A stretch of 39,792 nt of DNA from Malacoraja senta (Eukaryota). The notes below the pieces were generated by a model. That model did no database searches. It was not told where the DNA came from and was given only the letters and a program-made list of their open reading frames with translations. A program made the position numbers and the translations under genes. The stretch lies in assembly GCA_038087875.1 (NCBI GenBank), contig JAXLNO010000554.1, forward strand, positions 1-39,792, written 5' to 3'. Of this stretch, positions 1 through 10,439 are shown one piece after another; position 1 is the stretch's first letter; the number at the start of each line of letters is the position of its first letter.

Positions 1-1013
1 TGGTGGCGGCGGATTTTCGACACCATTCACAGCCTAGCGCACCCGTCCATTCGCGCCACCTCTGCCTTGGTCGCGGTGAAGTTCGTCTGGCACGGTTTAA
101 GGAAGCAGGTCGCAGCATGGGCCCGTTCCTGCATCCCATGCCAGACCTCCAAAGTGCAGAGACATGTGCACCCGCCGGTCCAGGATTTTGCCGTCCCGGA
201 CGGCAGGTTCCTGCACATCCATGTCGACCTGGTAGGTCCCTTGCCTTGCTCGCGCGGAGCTACCCACTTACTGACTATTGTAGACAGGTTTACCAGGTGG
301 GCGGAGGCAATCCCGTTGGCGGATACCTCTGCTGATGCATGCGCGAGGGCCATGGTATCCCATTGGATCGCTCGTTCGTGGTCCCTCACATATTGCCACC
401 TATAGGGGAGCCCAGTTCACGTCTTCATTGTGGTGTGGTATGGCCAGCTGTACGGGGCGAAGCTGCACAAGACTACTGCTTATCTAACGGGTTGGTTGAG
501 CGGATCCACCGGCACCTTAAGTCGGCGTTGAAAGCCAGACTCACCGGCCCTGATTGGGTCGACCAGTTACCTTGGGTCCTCCTTGGCATCAGAACAACGC
601 CTAAGGAGGACCTCAAAGCCCCCTCGGCCGAGTTGGTTTATGGCTTGGTTTTGCAGGTTCCCGGGGATTTCTTGCCTGTCCTTCCGGACCAGGAGGTTCC
701 AACCTCACAGTTGTTGGCGGATCTTCACAAGCGGGCGCGTGCTTTGGTCCCGGTTCCCGCTTCCCGGCATGGTTCGTCTTCGGTGCATGTGCCTACTATG
801 TTACGGGATTGTGCTTATGTTTTTCTCCGTAGAGACGCTCATCGCTCGCCGTTACAGCGGGTGTACGAGGGTCCGTACAGGGTGCTCAGTGCTGGTGTTT
901 CGACGTTCACATTGGACATGGGTGGTAAAGAGGAGTTCGTCTCCGTGAGCCGCCTTAAGCCTGCACACGTTGACGAGGATAGCCCAGTGACAGTGGGTCC
1001 TCCACGGCGTTGA
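1..1013 (+). pseudogene. Ty3/Gypsy LTR retrotransposon pol 3' end (integrase), frameshifted; 5' part lies outside the window
   Basis: Frame 1 from base 1 gives an HHCC finger (IHSLAHP...SCIPCQ), then HIHVDLVGPLP and TIVDRFTRW. After a frameshift or deletion come SNGLVERIHR and a GPY/F motif (VYEGPYRV). Confidence 0.93.
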
Positions 1014-1226
1014 GGACATCCACCTGCTGTTTTGCCGCCCTCTGCACCTGTTACCCCCGGTCATGTTTCTCCGGTTCCCTTTGTTACGCCCCCCCTCGTT
1101 CGCGTTTTTCGCGTCCCTCCGGTCCTGTTGTACCAGTCCCAAATGTTACGCTCGCCCCACGAACTCAGACAACGCGTTCCGGTCAAACTGTCTGGTTTAC
1201 CTGCGCGTTTCCGTACTGCAGATTCT

Positions 1227-1238
1227 GGGGGGGGGGGG
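1227..1238 (+). promoter_or_regulatory. Polypurine tract of the Gypsy element
   Basis: A G12 run ends 2 nt before the TG that opens the putative 3' LTR. Confidence 0.75.
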
Positions 1239-1240
1239 CA

Positions 1241-1467
1241 TGTAGCGGCGCCACCTAGCGCACGCAGATATCGAACCCGGTGTTCGGAAGCCGCGGTCAC
1301 GTGGACTCGGGAGGGGCTGGTTTTCGCGCGGTTTTTCCCTGCGCGAGTTAGTTCAGCGCTGACCACCGATGTGGCCAGACGTGTCTGTTACACCTGTATG
1401 CTGCAACTTGAACTTTTGAATAAAGGTATTGTTGAAAACTCCAGGAGTCGTTCATCAGACCACTAAA
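1241..1467 (+). mobile_element. 3' LTR of the Gypsy element
   Basis: Starts TGTAG right after the PPT, has AATAAA at 1419-1424 and ends CTAAA (expected CTACA, one mismatch). Confidence 0.7.
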
Positions 1468-1499
1468 ATAACACGAATAACGTTGAGTGCAAAATATAA

Positions 1500-1745
1500 T
1501 CTGGTAAGTCTGATTAAAATAGTCCAAGGGTCTCCAATGTGGAAGATGGGAGGTCAGGACTGCTCGCTAGTTGGTGATAGGGTGGTTCAGTTGCCTGATA
1601 ACAGCTGGGAAGAAACTGTCCCTGAATCTGGAGGTGTGGCGTTTTCACACTTCTGTACCTCTTGCCTGATGGAGAGGAGAGAAGAGGGAGTGACCGGGGT
1701 GAGACCTGGTTGCTGCTGGCCTTGCCGAGGGAGCACCATGGCCAC
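1500..1745 (-). mobile_element. Rex1/Babar-type LINE 3' fragment
   Basis: Minus-strand translation contains PSGKRYRSVKT. It is an inverted homologue of 9170-9390. Confidence 0.7.
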
Positions 1746-1984
1746 ACTCTCATTTATCTGTATTGTGTATCTGTATATTCTGTATATGCATATGTACATG
1801 TTCTGTGTACGTATCTGTATATGTACATGTATGTATCTGTACACTGTGAATGGCTCGATTGTAATCATGTATAGTCTTTCCGCTGACTGGTCAGCATGCA
1901 GCAAAACGCTGTTCATAAGTCAGTGGGGCAGAATTAGGCCATTTGGCCCATCGCGTCCAGTCCGCCATTCAATCGTGGCTGATC

Positions 1985-2200
1985 GTTTAAGAAAGAACTG
2001 CAGATGCTGGAAAAATCAAAGGGAGACAAAAATGCTGGAGAAACTCAGCGCGTGATGCAGCATCGATGGGGCGAAGGAATAGGTGACGTTTCGGGTCGAG
2101 ACCTTTCTTCAGACCGATGTGGGGGTGGGGGGCGGGAAGAAGAAAGGAAGAGGCGGAGACAGTGGGCTGTGGGAGAGCTGGGAAGGGGAGGAGAAAGCCA
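1985..2200 (-). mobile_element. Penelope-like element terminal (pLTR) fragment
   Basis: The recurrent motif GAACTGCAGATGCTGG...GCTGGAGAAACTCAGCG...GACGTTTCGGGTCGAGACC.TTCTTCAG. Related pieces lie near 8490-8590, 9050-9165, 11965-12040, 12750-12900, 28435-28510, 29850-29975, 32440-32660, 33285-33370 and 37580-37635. Confidence 0.6.
2082..2115 (-). ncRNA. Minimal type I hammerhead-ribozyme-like motif
   Basis: The minus strand reads GGU-CUGAAGA-AAGGUCUCGACCC-GAAA-CG-UC-ACC. This gives core boxes CUGANGA and GAAA, a helix II hairpin, a UH site and a 3-bp GGU/ACC helix I. Confidence 0.5.
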
Positions 2201-2239
2201 GGACCAAAGATCTCAGCTCTATGATCTTTGGCCAGGACT

Positions 2240-2580
2240 ACCCCCACTCTTATCCCCGCCTCTCCTCTCCTCTCCTCTCCTCACCTCGCCTCTCCTCTCC
2301 TCCCCTCTCCACTCCTCTTCTCTCCTCTCCTGCTCTGTCCAATCCCCTCCACTCTCCCCTCTCCCCCCTCCCTCTCCCTCTCTCTCTCCCCAACCCTCAA
2401 ATCCAGCAGCAAAGATAATTGTAAATAGTGGAGGTGAGCTATTGTCCCCTCTCTCTGCTCTCCTCCTCTCCTCTCCTCTCCTTTCCCCTCCTCTCCTCTC
2501 CCCTCCTCTCCTCCCCCTCCCCTCCTCCCTCCCATCTTCTCTCCCCCCTCTTCTCTCCTCTCCACTCCTCTCCCTCCAAC
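2240..2580 (+). repeat. CT-rich polypyrimidine satellite block 1 (1 conserved cassette)
   Basis: Degenerate (CTCCT)n/(CTCTC)n sequence with a cassette at about 2394-2446. Confidence 0.9.
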
Positions 2581-2695
2581 CTGTTGTGTCTGTGTAAGAC
2601 TGTCCTTACAGTCATCACAAGAGGGCTCCGCCCCATTTGAATATTTTCTGGGAATCAGTCCGGTGGAATCTTGGCTGGAATAAAATCCGACTTAA

Positions 2696-3264
2696 GGGGC
2701 TGTCCCACTGCGGCGACCTAATTGGTGAGTTTAGAAGAGTTTGCCCTCAACTCATACTCACACCATGGTCGACACGAGGTCCTAGGAGGTCTTTGTAACT
2801 CTCCCTCTTGCTCGAGAGTAGTCCCCGCGTACTCGAGGCCTCAGCTAGGTTGCGGTGTATTTTTCAACATGCTGAAAAATGCCCGCGAGTAAAAAAAGGT
2901 CGCCATGGAAGAAATCAATATTTTTTAAACTCCTAGCTTTAGTCGAAGTAGGTCGTAGTAGGTCGGCGTGTTATTCGTAGGTAATCGAGGGTAGTCGAAG
3001 GTAATCGAAGGTAGTCGAAGGTAGTCATAGATAGTCTTCAACATAGTCGAAGGAGGTCGAAGGAGGTCGAAGGAGGTCGTCTTCACTCTCCACCATTCGG
3101 TGTCCAATTTTCCCGGAGCTAATCGAAGCTGGTCTTCAACATAGTCGAAGAGGTCGAAGGAGGTCTTCTACATAGTCGAAGGAGGTCTTCAACATGACAC
3201 TTTTTTCAAACTCTCCTAAACTCTTCTAAACTCGCCAATTAGGTCGCCGCAGTGGGACAGCCCC
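2696..3264. mobile_element. MITE with ~47-bp TIRs, PIF/Harbinger-like
   Basis: The left end GGGGCTGTCCCACTGCGGCGACCTAATTGGTGAGTTTAGAAGAGTTT is the near-perfect reverse complement of the right end. There are internal ~10-bp (GTCGAAGGTA/GGAG) repeats. The left flank is TAA; no right TSD is evident. Confidence 0.85.
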
Positions 3265-3319
3265 AGCCCCATGGGACAACATGAATCTGTATTGAGTTAC
3301 TACCCATCAAACACTACAA

Positions 3320-5233
3320 TACCCTCTCCTCTCCTCCACTCTCCTCTCCTCACCTCTCCTCCTCTCCCCCTTTCTCCTCCCGTCTCCTCCCCTCACTCCT
3401 CTCCTCTCTTCTCCCCCCTTTCTCCTCCTCTCTCCTCTTCCATCCTCTGCCTCCCTCCCCTTCCTTTTCTCCTCTCGCCCCACCCCCGCTTTTCTCATTC
3501 CTTTACTTTCCTCTCCTCTCTCTTGTTCCCCCCTCCCTCCTCCCCTCTCCCCTCCACTCTCCTCACCACACCTCTGCTCCTACCCCTCCTCTCCTCCTAT
3601 ACTCCACTCTCCTCTTATCCCCTCTCCTCTCCTCCACTCCGCTCCTCTCCTCTCCCCTGCTCTCTCCTCTACTCTCCACTACTCCCTTCTCCTCCCCTCT
3701 CCTCCCCTCTGCTCTCTCCTCTCCTCTCCACCACCCTATATTTCCTCCCGTCTCCAATCCCCTCCTCTCCCCCCTCCCACACCCTCTCTCTCCCCACCCC
3801 TCAAATCCAGCAGCAAAGATAACTTAAATATTGTGTAGGTGAGAAATTGTCTCCTCTCTCCAATCCTCTCCATCTCCTCCTCCCTTTCCCCTCGCCTCTA
3901 CCCCCACCTCTCTGCTCCCACTCCCTCACCTCTCCCCCTCACATCTCCTCTCACCCCCTCCCTCCGTTCTTCTCTCCCCTTCCCTCTTCTCTCCCTCCTC
4001 TCCTCTCTCCCATCCACCTGTCTCCTCCCTCTCCCTCTCTTCTCCACTCCCCTCAAATCCAGCACCAAAGACAATTGTAATACAGTGGTGAGAGATTGTC
4101 ACCTCTCCTCTCCCCTCTCTCCTCTCCCGTACCCCATCTCTGCCCCTCTCCTCTCCCCTCACCCTTCTATCCCCTCCTACCTTCTCCTCTCCTCTATTCC
4201 TTTCTCCACCACCCTCCACTCCCCTCCCCTTCATCTCCTCTCCTCGACCCTCCTCCCATCTCCCCATCTCCTCTCCATCTCCCGTCCTCTCGGCTCCCTT
4301 TCCCACTCCTCTCCTCCCTGCTCTCGCCATGTCCCCACTGTCCCCCTGTGCTCCCCTCCCTCTCGTCTACTACATTTCCCTTCTCCCATCTCCTCTCCTC
4401 CTCTCCATTCCTCTCATTCCCCTCTCCTACCCTCCCTCTCACTCCCCACTCTCCTCTCATAGCCTCCCCTCTCCTATCCTCCTCTCCCCTCCCCCTCCTC
4501 CCTTCTCCTATCACCTCTTCCTCTCCTCTCCCCTCAAATCCAACACCAAAGATAATTGGTGGAGGATTGTATCTCTCCTCACTCCCTTCTCCCTCTCCTA
4601 TGCCACTCCTGTCCTCTCTCTTTCGCTGCCTCTCACCTCTCCACTACCACTCCTCTCTCCCCTATCCCATATCATCTCCTCCCCTCTCCTCTCCTTTCCT
4701 CCCCTCACCTTTCTGTCCTCTCTCCTCTCAGCTACTCTCCTCCAACTGCTCCCCTCTTCCACTGCTCTCCTCCTCCCCACATATTTCCCCCACATCTCCT
4801 CTCCTCTCCCCTCCTCCCCTTCCTACCCTTTCTCCTCTCCTCCCTTCATCCACTACCCTCATCTGCTCTCCTCGTCCCTCTACCCCATCTCCCTCCTCTC
4901 CTCTCCTCCTCTCCTCTCGACTCCCCTCCGCTCTCTCATCTCCTCTCCTCCCCTCCACTCCTCTTATCCCCCTCTCCTACCCTCCCTCTGCTTACCTCTC
5001 CTCACCTCTCTCCACCCTTACCCTCCACCCACTCTACCCTCCTCTCAACCACTCCTCCTCTCCTCTCCTACCCTCCTCTCCACCCTCCTCCCCTCCCTCT
5101 CCTCTCCCTCTCTCCTCTCCCTCTGCTACCTCCTCCTCTCTTCTCATCTCCCCTCCCCTCAAATCCAGCACGAAAAATAATAGGTGGAGATAAGAGATTG
5201 TCTCCTCTCCTCCTCCCCTCTCCTCACCACCCC
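3320..5233 (+). repeat. CT-rich polypyrimidine satellite block 2 (4 conserved cassettes)
   Basis: Low-complexity CT sequence with cassettes at about 3798, 4050, 4531 and 5156. Confidence 0.9.
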
Positions 5234-5392
5234 TGTTGTGTATGAGAATATGATTAGCATATTTGAAGGGTCATGCGTGATGGTACACATGCGCAGAGAG
5301 GCTCAAGATGGTGATTTCAGTACAAGAAGAATGTTAAGTACCTCTGTGTTCTGAGTCTTATTTAACTCCGTTTCCAGCGCAAATACATAACA
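5234..5392 (+). mobile_element. 5' LTR of a second Gypsy element
   Basis: Inverted termini TGTTGTGTAT...ATACATAACA, followed after 3 nt by a primer-binding site. Confidence 0.85.
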
Positions 5393-5395
5393 ATT

Positions 5396-5409
5396 TGGTG
5401 ACGAGGATG
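5396..5409 (+). promoter_or_regulatory. Primer-binding site complementary to tRNA-Ser(GCU) 3' end
   Basis: TGGTGACGAGGATG versus the expected TGGCGACGAGGATG (one CpG transition). The tRNA sequence is recalled, not searched. Confidence 0.75.
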
Positions 5410-5472
5410 TCGATTCTGTTAGCAGGAACAGAATTGCGGTCGATTTGAGGTATTGTCAAGATCGAACATAAA

Positions 5473-6087
5473 TCTAGAATTAAATGTGTTTCAAAAGAAA
5501 CTAATGGACTATGGGTTAATAACTGGAAAAAAGCTAATTTCTAAAATTTTGGAAGAAGGCTCCAATACCAACTATAAATATGTGGATTTCAATATGTTTG
5601 AAACATTACACCTAGAAGAGATAAGACTCCTCCTAGCAGGTAAACCAGATCATTTCCACCTGACGTGGTCTGCATTTATAGAATTATTACAAACATAAGG
5701 TGCAAAAGTACTTAAAAAAAAAAAAAATTGAGGTCAGGTAAGGGGGGATGATAGTTGAAGAGTTGGTATGTCCATTTTGCGTAATGCTCATAAAAATATT
5801 TGTTTCTCTCTTTTTCCTCTTTCTTTCTTTTTTTCCTAGGGTCTATTTCTTAACTCTTTTCTTTTGTTTTTAATTTTGCTCTTATAGGGTCTTCGCCCTT
5901 TTTTGTTGTCACATTTCCTACACTTCCACTTTTTCCTTCACTTTCTTCTTTCTTTCAATCTTTTCCTTTTCTAGTGTAAAAAATAAATGGAGTACATTAA
6001 TTGTAAGAAGATATAAATGACAAGTACTAATGTATGTGGTTGTAATGTAATGTACTTCTAATAAAATACTAATTAAAAAAAAAAAAA
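5473..6087 (+). mobile_element. 5'-truncated L1-clade LINE (ORF2 C-terminus, 3' UTR, poly-A) inserted in the Gypsy leader
   Basis: Perfect 15-bp TSD AAGATCGAACATAAA (5458-5472 and 6088-6102). AATAAA at 6060 precedes the poly-A tail. The frameshifted peptide KKLI.KFWKKAPIPTINMWIS/NMFETLHLEEIR...FHLTWSAF is typical of fish-type L1 ORF2 ends. Confidence 0.85.
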
Positions 6088-6546
6088 AAGATCGAACATA
6101 AAGTTAAAGACAAGATATGTATTTGGCTCGCAAAAGTTGGAAGTAGCGGGACAGCGCAGCTGCAAGCTAGAAGCGGAGTCCAGAGACAGTCAAGCTGGAA
6201 CGGTGAATTCATCGCAGCAAAAGCTGGACTTTATGAATTTACTGTATTGTTTATTGACAACAATAATTTAGAGGATATATGCGTGCATTGCATGTATATG
6301 GCTGGAAATATATTAGTATATTATTATATTTGTATATTATTATTAGTTTGTCGTCTCTCCTCCCAATTATTATATTAGTATATTATTATATTGGTATATT
6401 AGTATAAATCGATTAGTATAAGAGAATTATTGGTCGTGAATTTACTGGATAACTGCTCAGTGATATTGTACAGGAATTAAGTCCATTGCAGAGAACATTG
6501 TGTAAGAGGATGGCACGTTGGGTACCTGAGTAGCAACAGTGTAACC

Positions 6547-7502
6547 ATGGCTAATACAATAGTTGGGAATGTGCCCCAGTTAGAATCTGGGTATACTTTT
6601 GAGGAATGGACCAAAGTCCTGGAGGCTTGGTTTGCTTTTTTTTTAATAGAATAGAATTGAATAGAAAGCCTTTTATTGTCATTCAAACAGCTTGGTTTGA
6701 ACGAAATTGCATTTTCTACGGTCTTACATTGCAAAAAAAAACCAAGACCCACACTTAACACAGTTTACATAAACATCCATCACAGTGAATCTCCAACACC
6801 TCCTCACTGTGATGGAAGGCAAAGTCTTATCTCTTCCCTTTGTTCTTCTCCCGTAGTCCAGCAGTCCAACTGCAGCGTCGAGGCAAACTGGGCTCCGATG
6901 TTAAAGCCCCCGGCGGGCGATGGTAAGCCCTGTGGCTATTTAAGCCATGTGGGGCGATGTTAGGCCCGGGCTCCGTGTCCTTTAAACCCAGCGATTCCAG
7001 CGGGAGAAGTTGCCGTTGCAGGAGCTCCGAAAAGCGGTCTCCCACCAGGGACCTGGAGCTCCCGATGTTCCTGTCCACCGGGCCTGCGGCCGGAGCCTCC
7101 TAAGCTCCGAAGTCGGGTTGCAGCCGCGCGCCACCACAGCTCTTCCCGCTCCGAAGACGGCCAGCTCCGCGATGGCAGGTCCGCAGACTCCGCGACTGGA
7201 GCCCCCAGGTTGGTCCCGGTTGGAGGCCGCCGCCGGCTCCACGATGTTAGGCCCAACGACATCGGAGACCCGACAGGGAAAAAGTCGGGTCCCCGAACGG
7301 GGAAGAGACTAACGGTCCCCCCACCCCCCACATATACATAGCTAAAAAATAATAATAAAGACTAGACTCAAGAAATACATTTAACAAGACAACATTATTT
7401 AAAAAGAGTCGGACTGTAGTCGAGCCGCTGCCGATAGGCGCCGCCACACCACACCACACTTCAAACGATATCACTTCAGAAGTGAAGAAAAGAGCATTGT
7501 TC
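6547..7502 (+). pseudogene. Gypsy gag N-terminus, split by an insertion (6547-6636 + 7461-7502)
   Basis: Removing the insert gives MANTIVGNVPQLESGYTFEEWTKVLEAWFA|SNDITSEVKKRALF, which overlaps the gag at 13258. Confidence 0.8.
6637..7460 (-). mobile_element. ~0.83-kb GC-rich non-autonomous retroposon, copy 1
   Basis: Homologous along its length to 9514-10363. The minus-strand 3' end is AATTTCGTT...AATGACAATAAA followed by a (CTATT)n tail. It interrupts gag cleanly. Confidence 0.75.
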
Positions 7503-8343
7503 TCCTCTTCTCTCCGATCCTTTCCTGTCCTCTCCTTTACTCCCCTTCCCCTTCATTCCTCCATCCGCTCTTCTCTCCCCCACATCTCATCTCCTCTCCC
7601 CTGCTCTCCCCTCTCTCCTCCTCCCCTCATCTACTCCCCTCATCTCCTCCCCCCCCCTTCTCACCTCTCCCCTCCTCCCCTCTCCTCTCTACCCTCCTCC
7701 TTTCCTCTCCTCGTTTCTCTTCTCCTCCGCTCTGAACTGCTCACCTCTCCTCCCCTTTCCTTCCGCTCTCCCCCTCTCTGTCCCCACCGCTCAAATCCAG
7801 CACCAAAGATTGTCACCTCTCCTCTCCCCTTTCCTCTCCCATCTCCTCTCCTCCCTTCCCCTCCTCCTTTCCCCTCCTCTCTGCTCCCTCTCCCTCTCCT
7901 CTCTGCCTCACCTCTCCTCTTCTCTCCTATCTTTTCCTCTCACCTCTCCTCTTCCCTCTTCTGCCTCCCTCTTCTCCCTTCTCTCCTCTCGCCCCACCCC
8001 CCGCTTCTCTCGCTCCTCCACTCCTGTACTTTCCTCTCCACTATCCCCTCCCCTCCTTCCCTCTTCTCTCCTCTCCTCCCTTCCCCTCCCCTCTCACCTC
8101 TTTCTTCTCCAACCCTCCCCTCTCCTCCCCTCCCCTCTTATCTCCTCCCCTCTCCCCTCCCCATCCTTATTTCTCCTCTGCTTTACTTTCCTCTCCTCTC
8201 TCCCGTTCCCGCCGCTCCTCTCCTCCCCTCTTTACTCCTCACCTCCCCTTTCCTCCACACACCTCCTCTCCCCTCGTCTCCCCTCATCTCCTCTCCTCCA
8301 CCCCCCTCTCCTCTCTACACCTCCTCTCCTCCACACCTCCTCC
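7503..8343 (+). repeat. CT-rich polypyrimidine satellite block 3 (1 internally deleted cassette)
   Basis: Low-complexity CT sequence with CTCAAATCCAGCACCAAAGATTGTC at about 7790-7814. Confidence 0.9.
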
Positions 8344-8369
8344 AAGTTGGCATTGGTAAAAAAAAAGTG

Positions 8370-8476
8370 AATTGTCCCTAGTGTGTGTGTAGGATAGTGT
8401 CAGTGTGCAACGATTGCTGGTCGGCGTGCACTCGGTGGGCTGAAGGGCCCATTTACGCTCTGTCTCAAGACTAAAT
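8370..8476 (+). mobile_element. HE1-like SINE 3' fragment
   Basis: Reverse-complement similarity to the 3' part of the SINE at 8711-9009. Confidence 0.65.
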
Positions 8477-8710
8477 GTTATGTGGCATAAAACACAGTGC
8501 TGGAGGAACACTCAAGCAGGACAGGCAGCATCTCTGGAGGAAAGGAATGAGTGACTTTTCGGGTCGAGACCATTCTTCAGACTGAGAGTAAGGGGAGAGT
8601 GAAATGAGAGAGATAGCATCACATTTATGTTTTGCAGTTCCTTGTGTCTAGAATTTATCATGGAGCGACTTCGTTATCTCCACCACCAGCATGACAAGCA
8701 GAGCAAATGT

Positions 8711-9009
8711 CTAGTTTAGTTTGGAGATGCAGGCCCTTTGGCCCACCCAGTCACGCGCCGACCTGCGATCACCACGTACACTAGCACTATCCTACACACA
8801 CGAGGGGGACAATTTATAATCTTTACCGAAGCCAATTAACCTACAAACCTGCACGTCTTTGGAGCGTGGGTGGAAACAGGAGCACCTGGAGTAAACCCAC
8901 GCAGGTCACGGGGAGAACGTACAAACTCCGTACAGACAGCACCCGTAGTCAGGATGGAACCCAGATCTCTGGCGCTGTGAGGCAGCAACTCTACCGCTGC
9001 GCCACCGTG
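8711..9009 (-). mobile_element. tRNA-derived V-SINE (HE1-like), full length
   Basis: The minus strand carries an A box TGGCGCAGCGG, a B box GGTTCCATCC, a V-domain GGAGTTTGTACGTTCTCCCCGTGACCTGCGTGGGTTT and a (CTAAA)n-type tail. Confidence 0.85.
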
Positions 9010-9169
9010 TGACTCGACATTGGGTGACAGGAGACACAGTCTCCGCTGAGGCTGGAATCTGTAACAAGGACAAACGGCAGGAGGGACTCAGTGGGTCGGG
9101 CAGCATCTGTGGAGGCAGAGGGAAGGACGACATTTCGGGCAGGGAGCTTGCATCAGGACTGAGAGAGGT

Positions 9170-9390
9170 GATGCAGCCCAGACCATCACACAAACCGACC
9201 TCCCTTCCATTGACTCCATCTACACCTCACGCTGCCTCGGCAAGGCCAGCAGCATCATCGAGGACTGGTCTCACCCCGGCCACTCCCTCTTCTCACCTCT
9301 CCCATCAGGCAAGAGGTACAGAAGTGTGAAAACGCACACCTCCAGATCCAGCTGTGATCAGGCAACTGAATCATCCCACCACAACTAGAG
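9170..9390 (+). mobile_element. Rex1/Babar-type LINE ORF C-terminal fragment
   Basis: Translates to AQTITQTDLPSIDSIYTSRCLGKASSIIEDWSHPGHSLFSPLPSGKRYRSVKTHTSR. Confidence 0.75.
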
Positions 9391-9513
9391 AGGGTGGTGC
9401 ATCTGCAGAATGCTTTGCCACAGAAGGCTGTGGAGGCCAAGTCATTGGGTATTTTTAAGGCAGAGATAGATAGATTCTTGAGTAGTACGGGTGTCAGGGG
9501 TTATGGGGAGAAG

Positions 9514-10363
9514 ATAGATAGATAGATATTTATTTGTTGTCATTTGAACCCAAGTTCAAACGAAATTCTGTTTCTGCAGTCATACAAACAAGTAAAAAGA
9601 ACCAAGACACAACACAATTTACACAAACATCCATCACAGTGAATCTCCTCCTCATTGTGATGGAACGCAAAGTCTTATCTCTCCCCTGCACTCCACATTC
9701 TCCTCCCGATGTCAAAGTCAAAGCCCCCGGCGGGCAATTGTAGATATGTCCCGCGGCCATTAAAGTCGCACCGGGCGATGCAAAGCCACGCTCCGGGTCT
9801 TGATGTTGTAGCCCCCGGTAGCGCCAGCAAGTCCCAGGGCCACCAATGCCGCGCCGGGCGATGTCAGACCCCGCTCCAGGTCATCCCCAACCCCGCAACT
9901 CGGGCGGGAGTAGCTGCCGTTGCGGGAGCCCTGAAAAGCGGTCTCCCACCATGGACCCGCGAGCTCCCGATGTTACCATCCACCAGACCTGCGGCTGAAG
10001 CCTCCGAATCTCCGGGGTCGGGTAGCAGCAGCGCGCCACCACGGCTCCTCCCGCTCCGAACTCGGCCACCTCCACGATGGTGAGTAGTCCGCAGGCTCCG
10101 CGACCGGAGCCCCAGGTCGTTCCGGTTGGAGGCCGCTCCACGGTGCTAGGGCCCAACGACAACGGAGACCCGACAGAGAAAGGTCGGGTCTCCCGTGCAG
10201 GGAAAAGATTTTAAAAGTTCCCACCCCCCCGCCCCCCGCCCCCCCCCCACACATACCCAGTTAAAAAAAAACACACTATACACTATACAAAACTCAAAAC
10301 TAAACAAACAAAACAAAAGACAGACGGACTGCAGAGGCCGCTGCAACGTGAGTCGCGCCGCAC
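9514..10363 (-). mobile_element. ~0.85-kb GC-rich non-autonomous retroposon, copy 2
   Basis: 7-bp TSD GGAGAAG (9507-9513 and 10364-10370), a (TATC)n tail, and homology to 6637-7460. Confidence 0.8.
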
Positions 10364-10439
10364 GGAGAAGGAAGGAGAATGGGGTTAGGAAGGGGTGACA
10401 GATCAGCCATGGATGAATGGCGGAGTAAACTTGATGGGC

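Noticed and set aside
2582..2590. TGTTGTGT at the end of CT block 1, resembling the LTR start at 5234
   Set aside because: Similarity stops after 8 nt and no PBS or LTR end follows.
3271..5245. Long Pro/Ser/Leu-rich ORFs (up to 365 aa here and 484 aa at 20252-21706) and the opposite-strand Arg/Gly/Glu ORFs
   Set aside because: CT-only DNA cannot form stop codons. The ORFs are open in several frames at once and have no domain motifs.
8935..9009. tRNA gene on the minus strand
   Set aside because: The A/B boxes belong to the head of a V-SINE that continues into a V-domain and a LINE-like tail.
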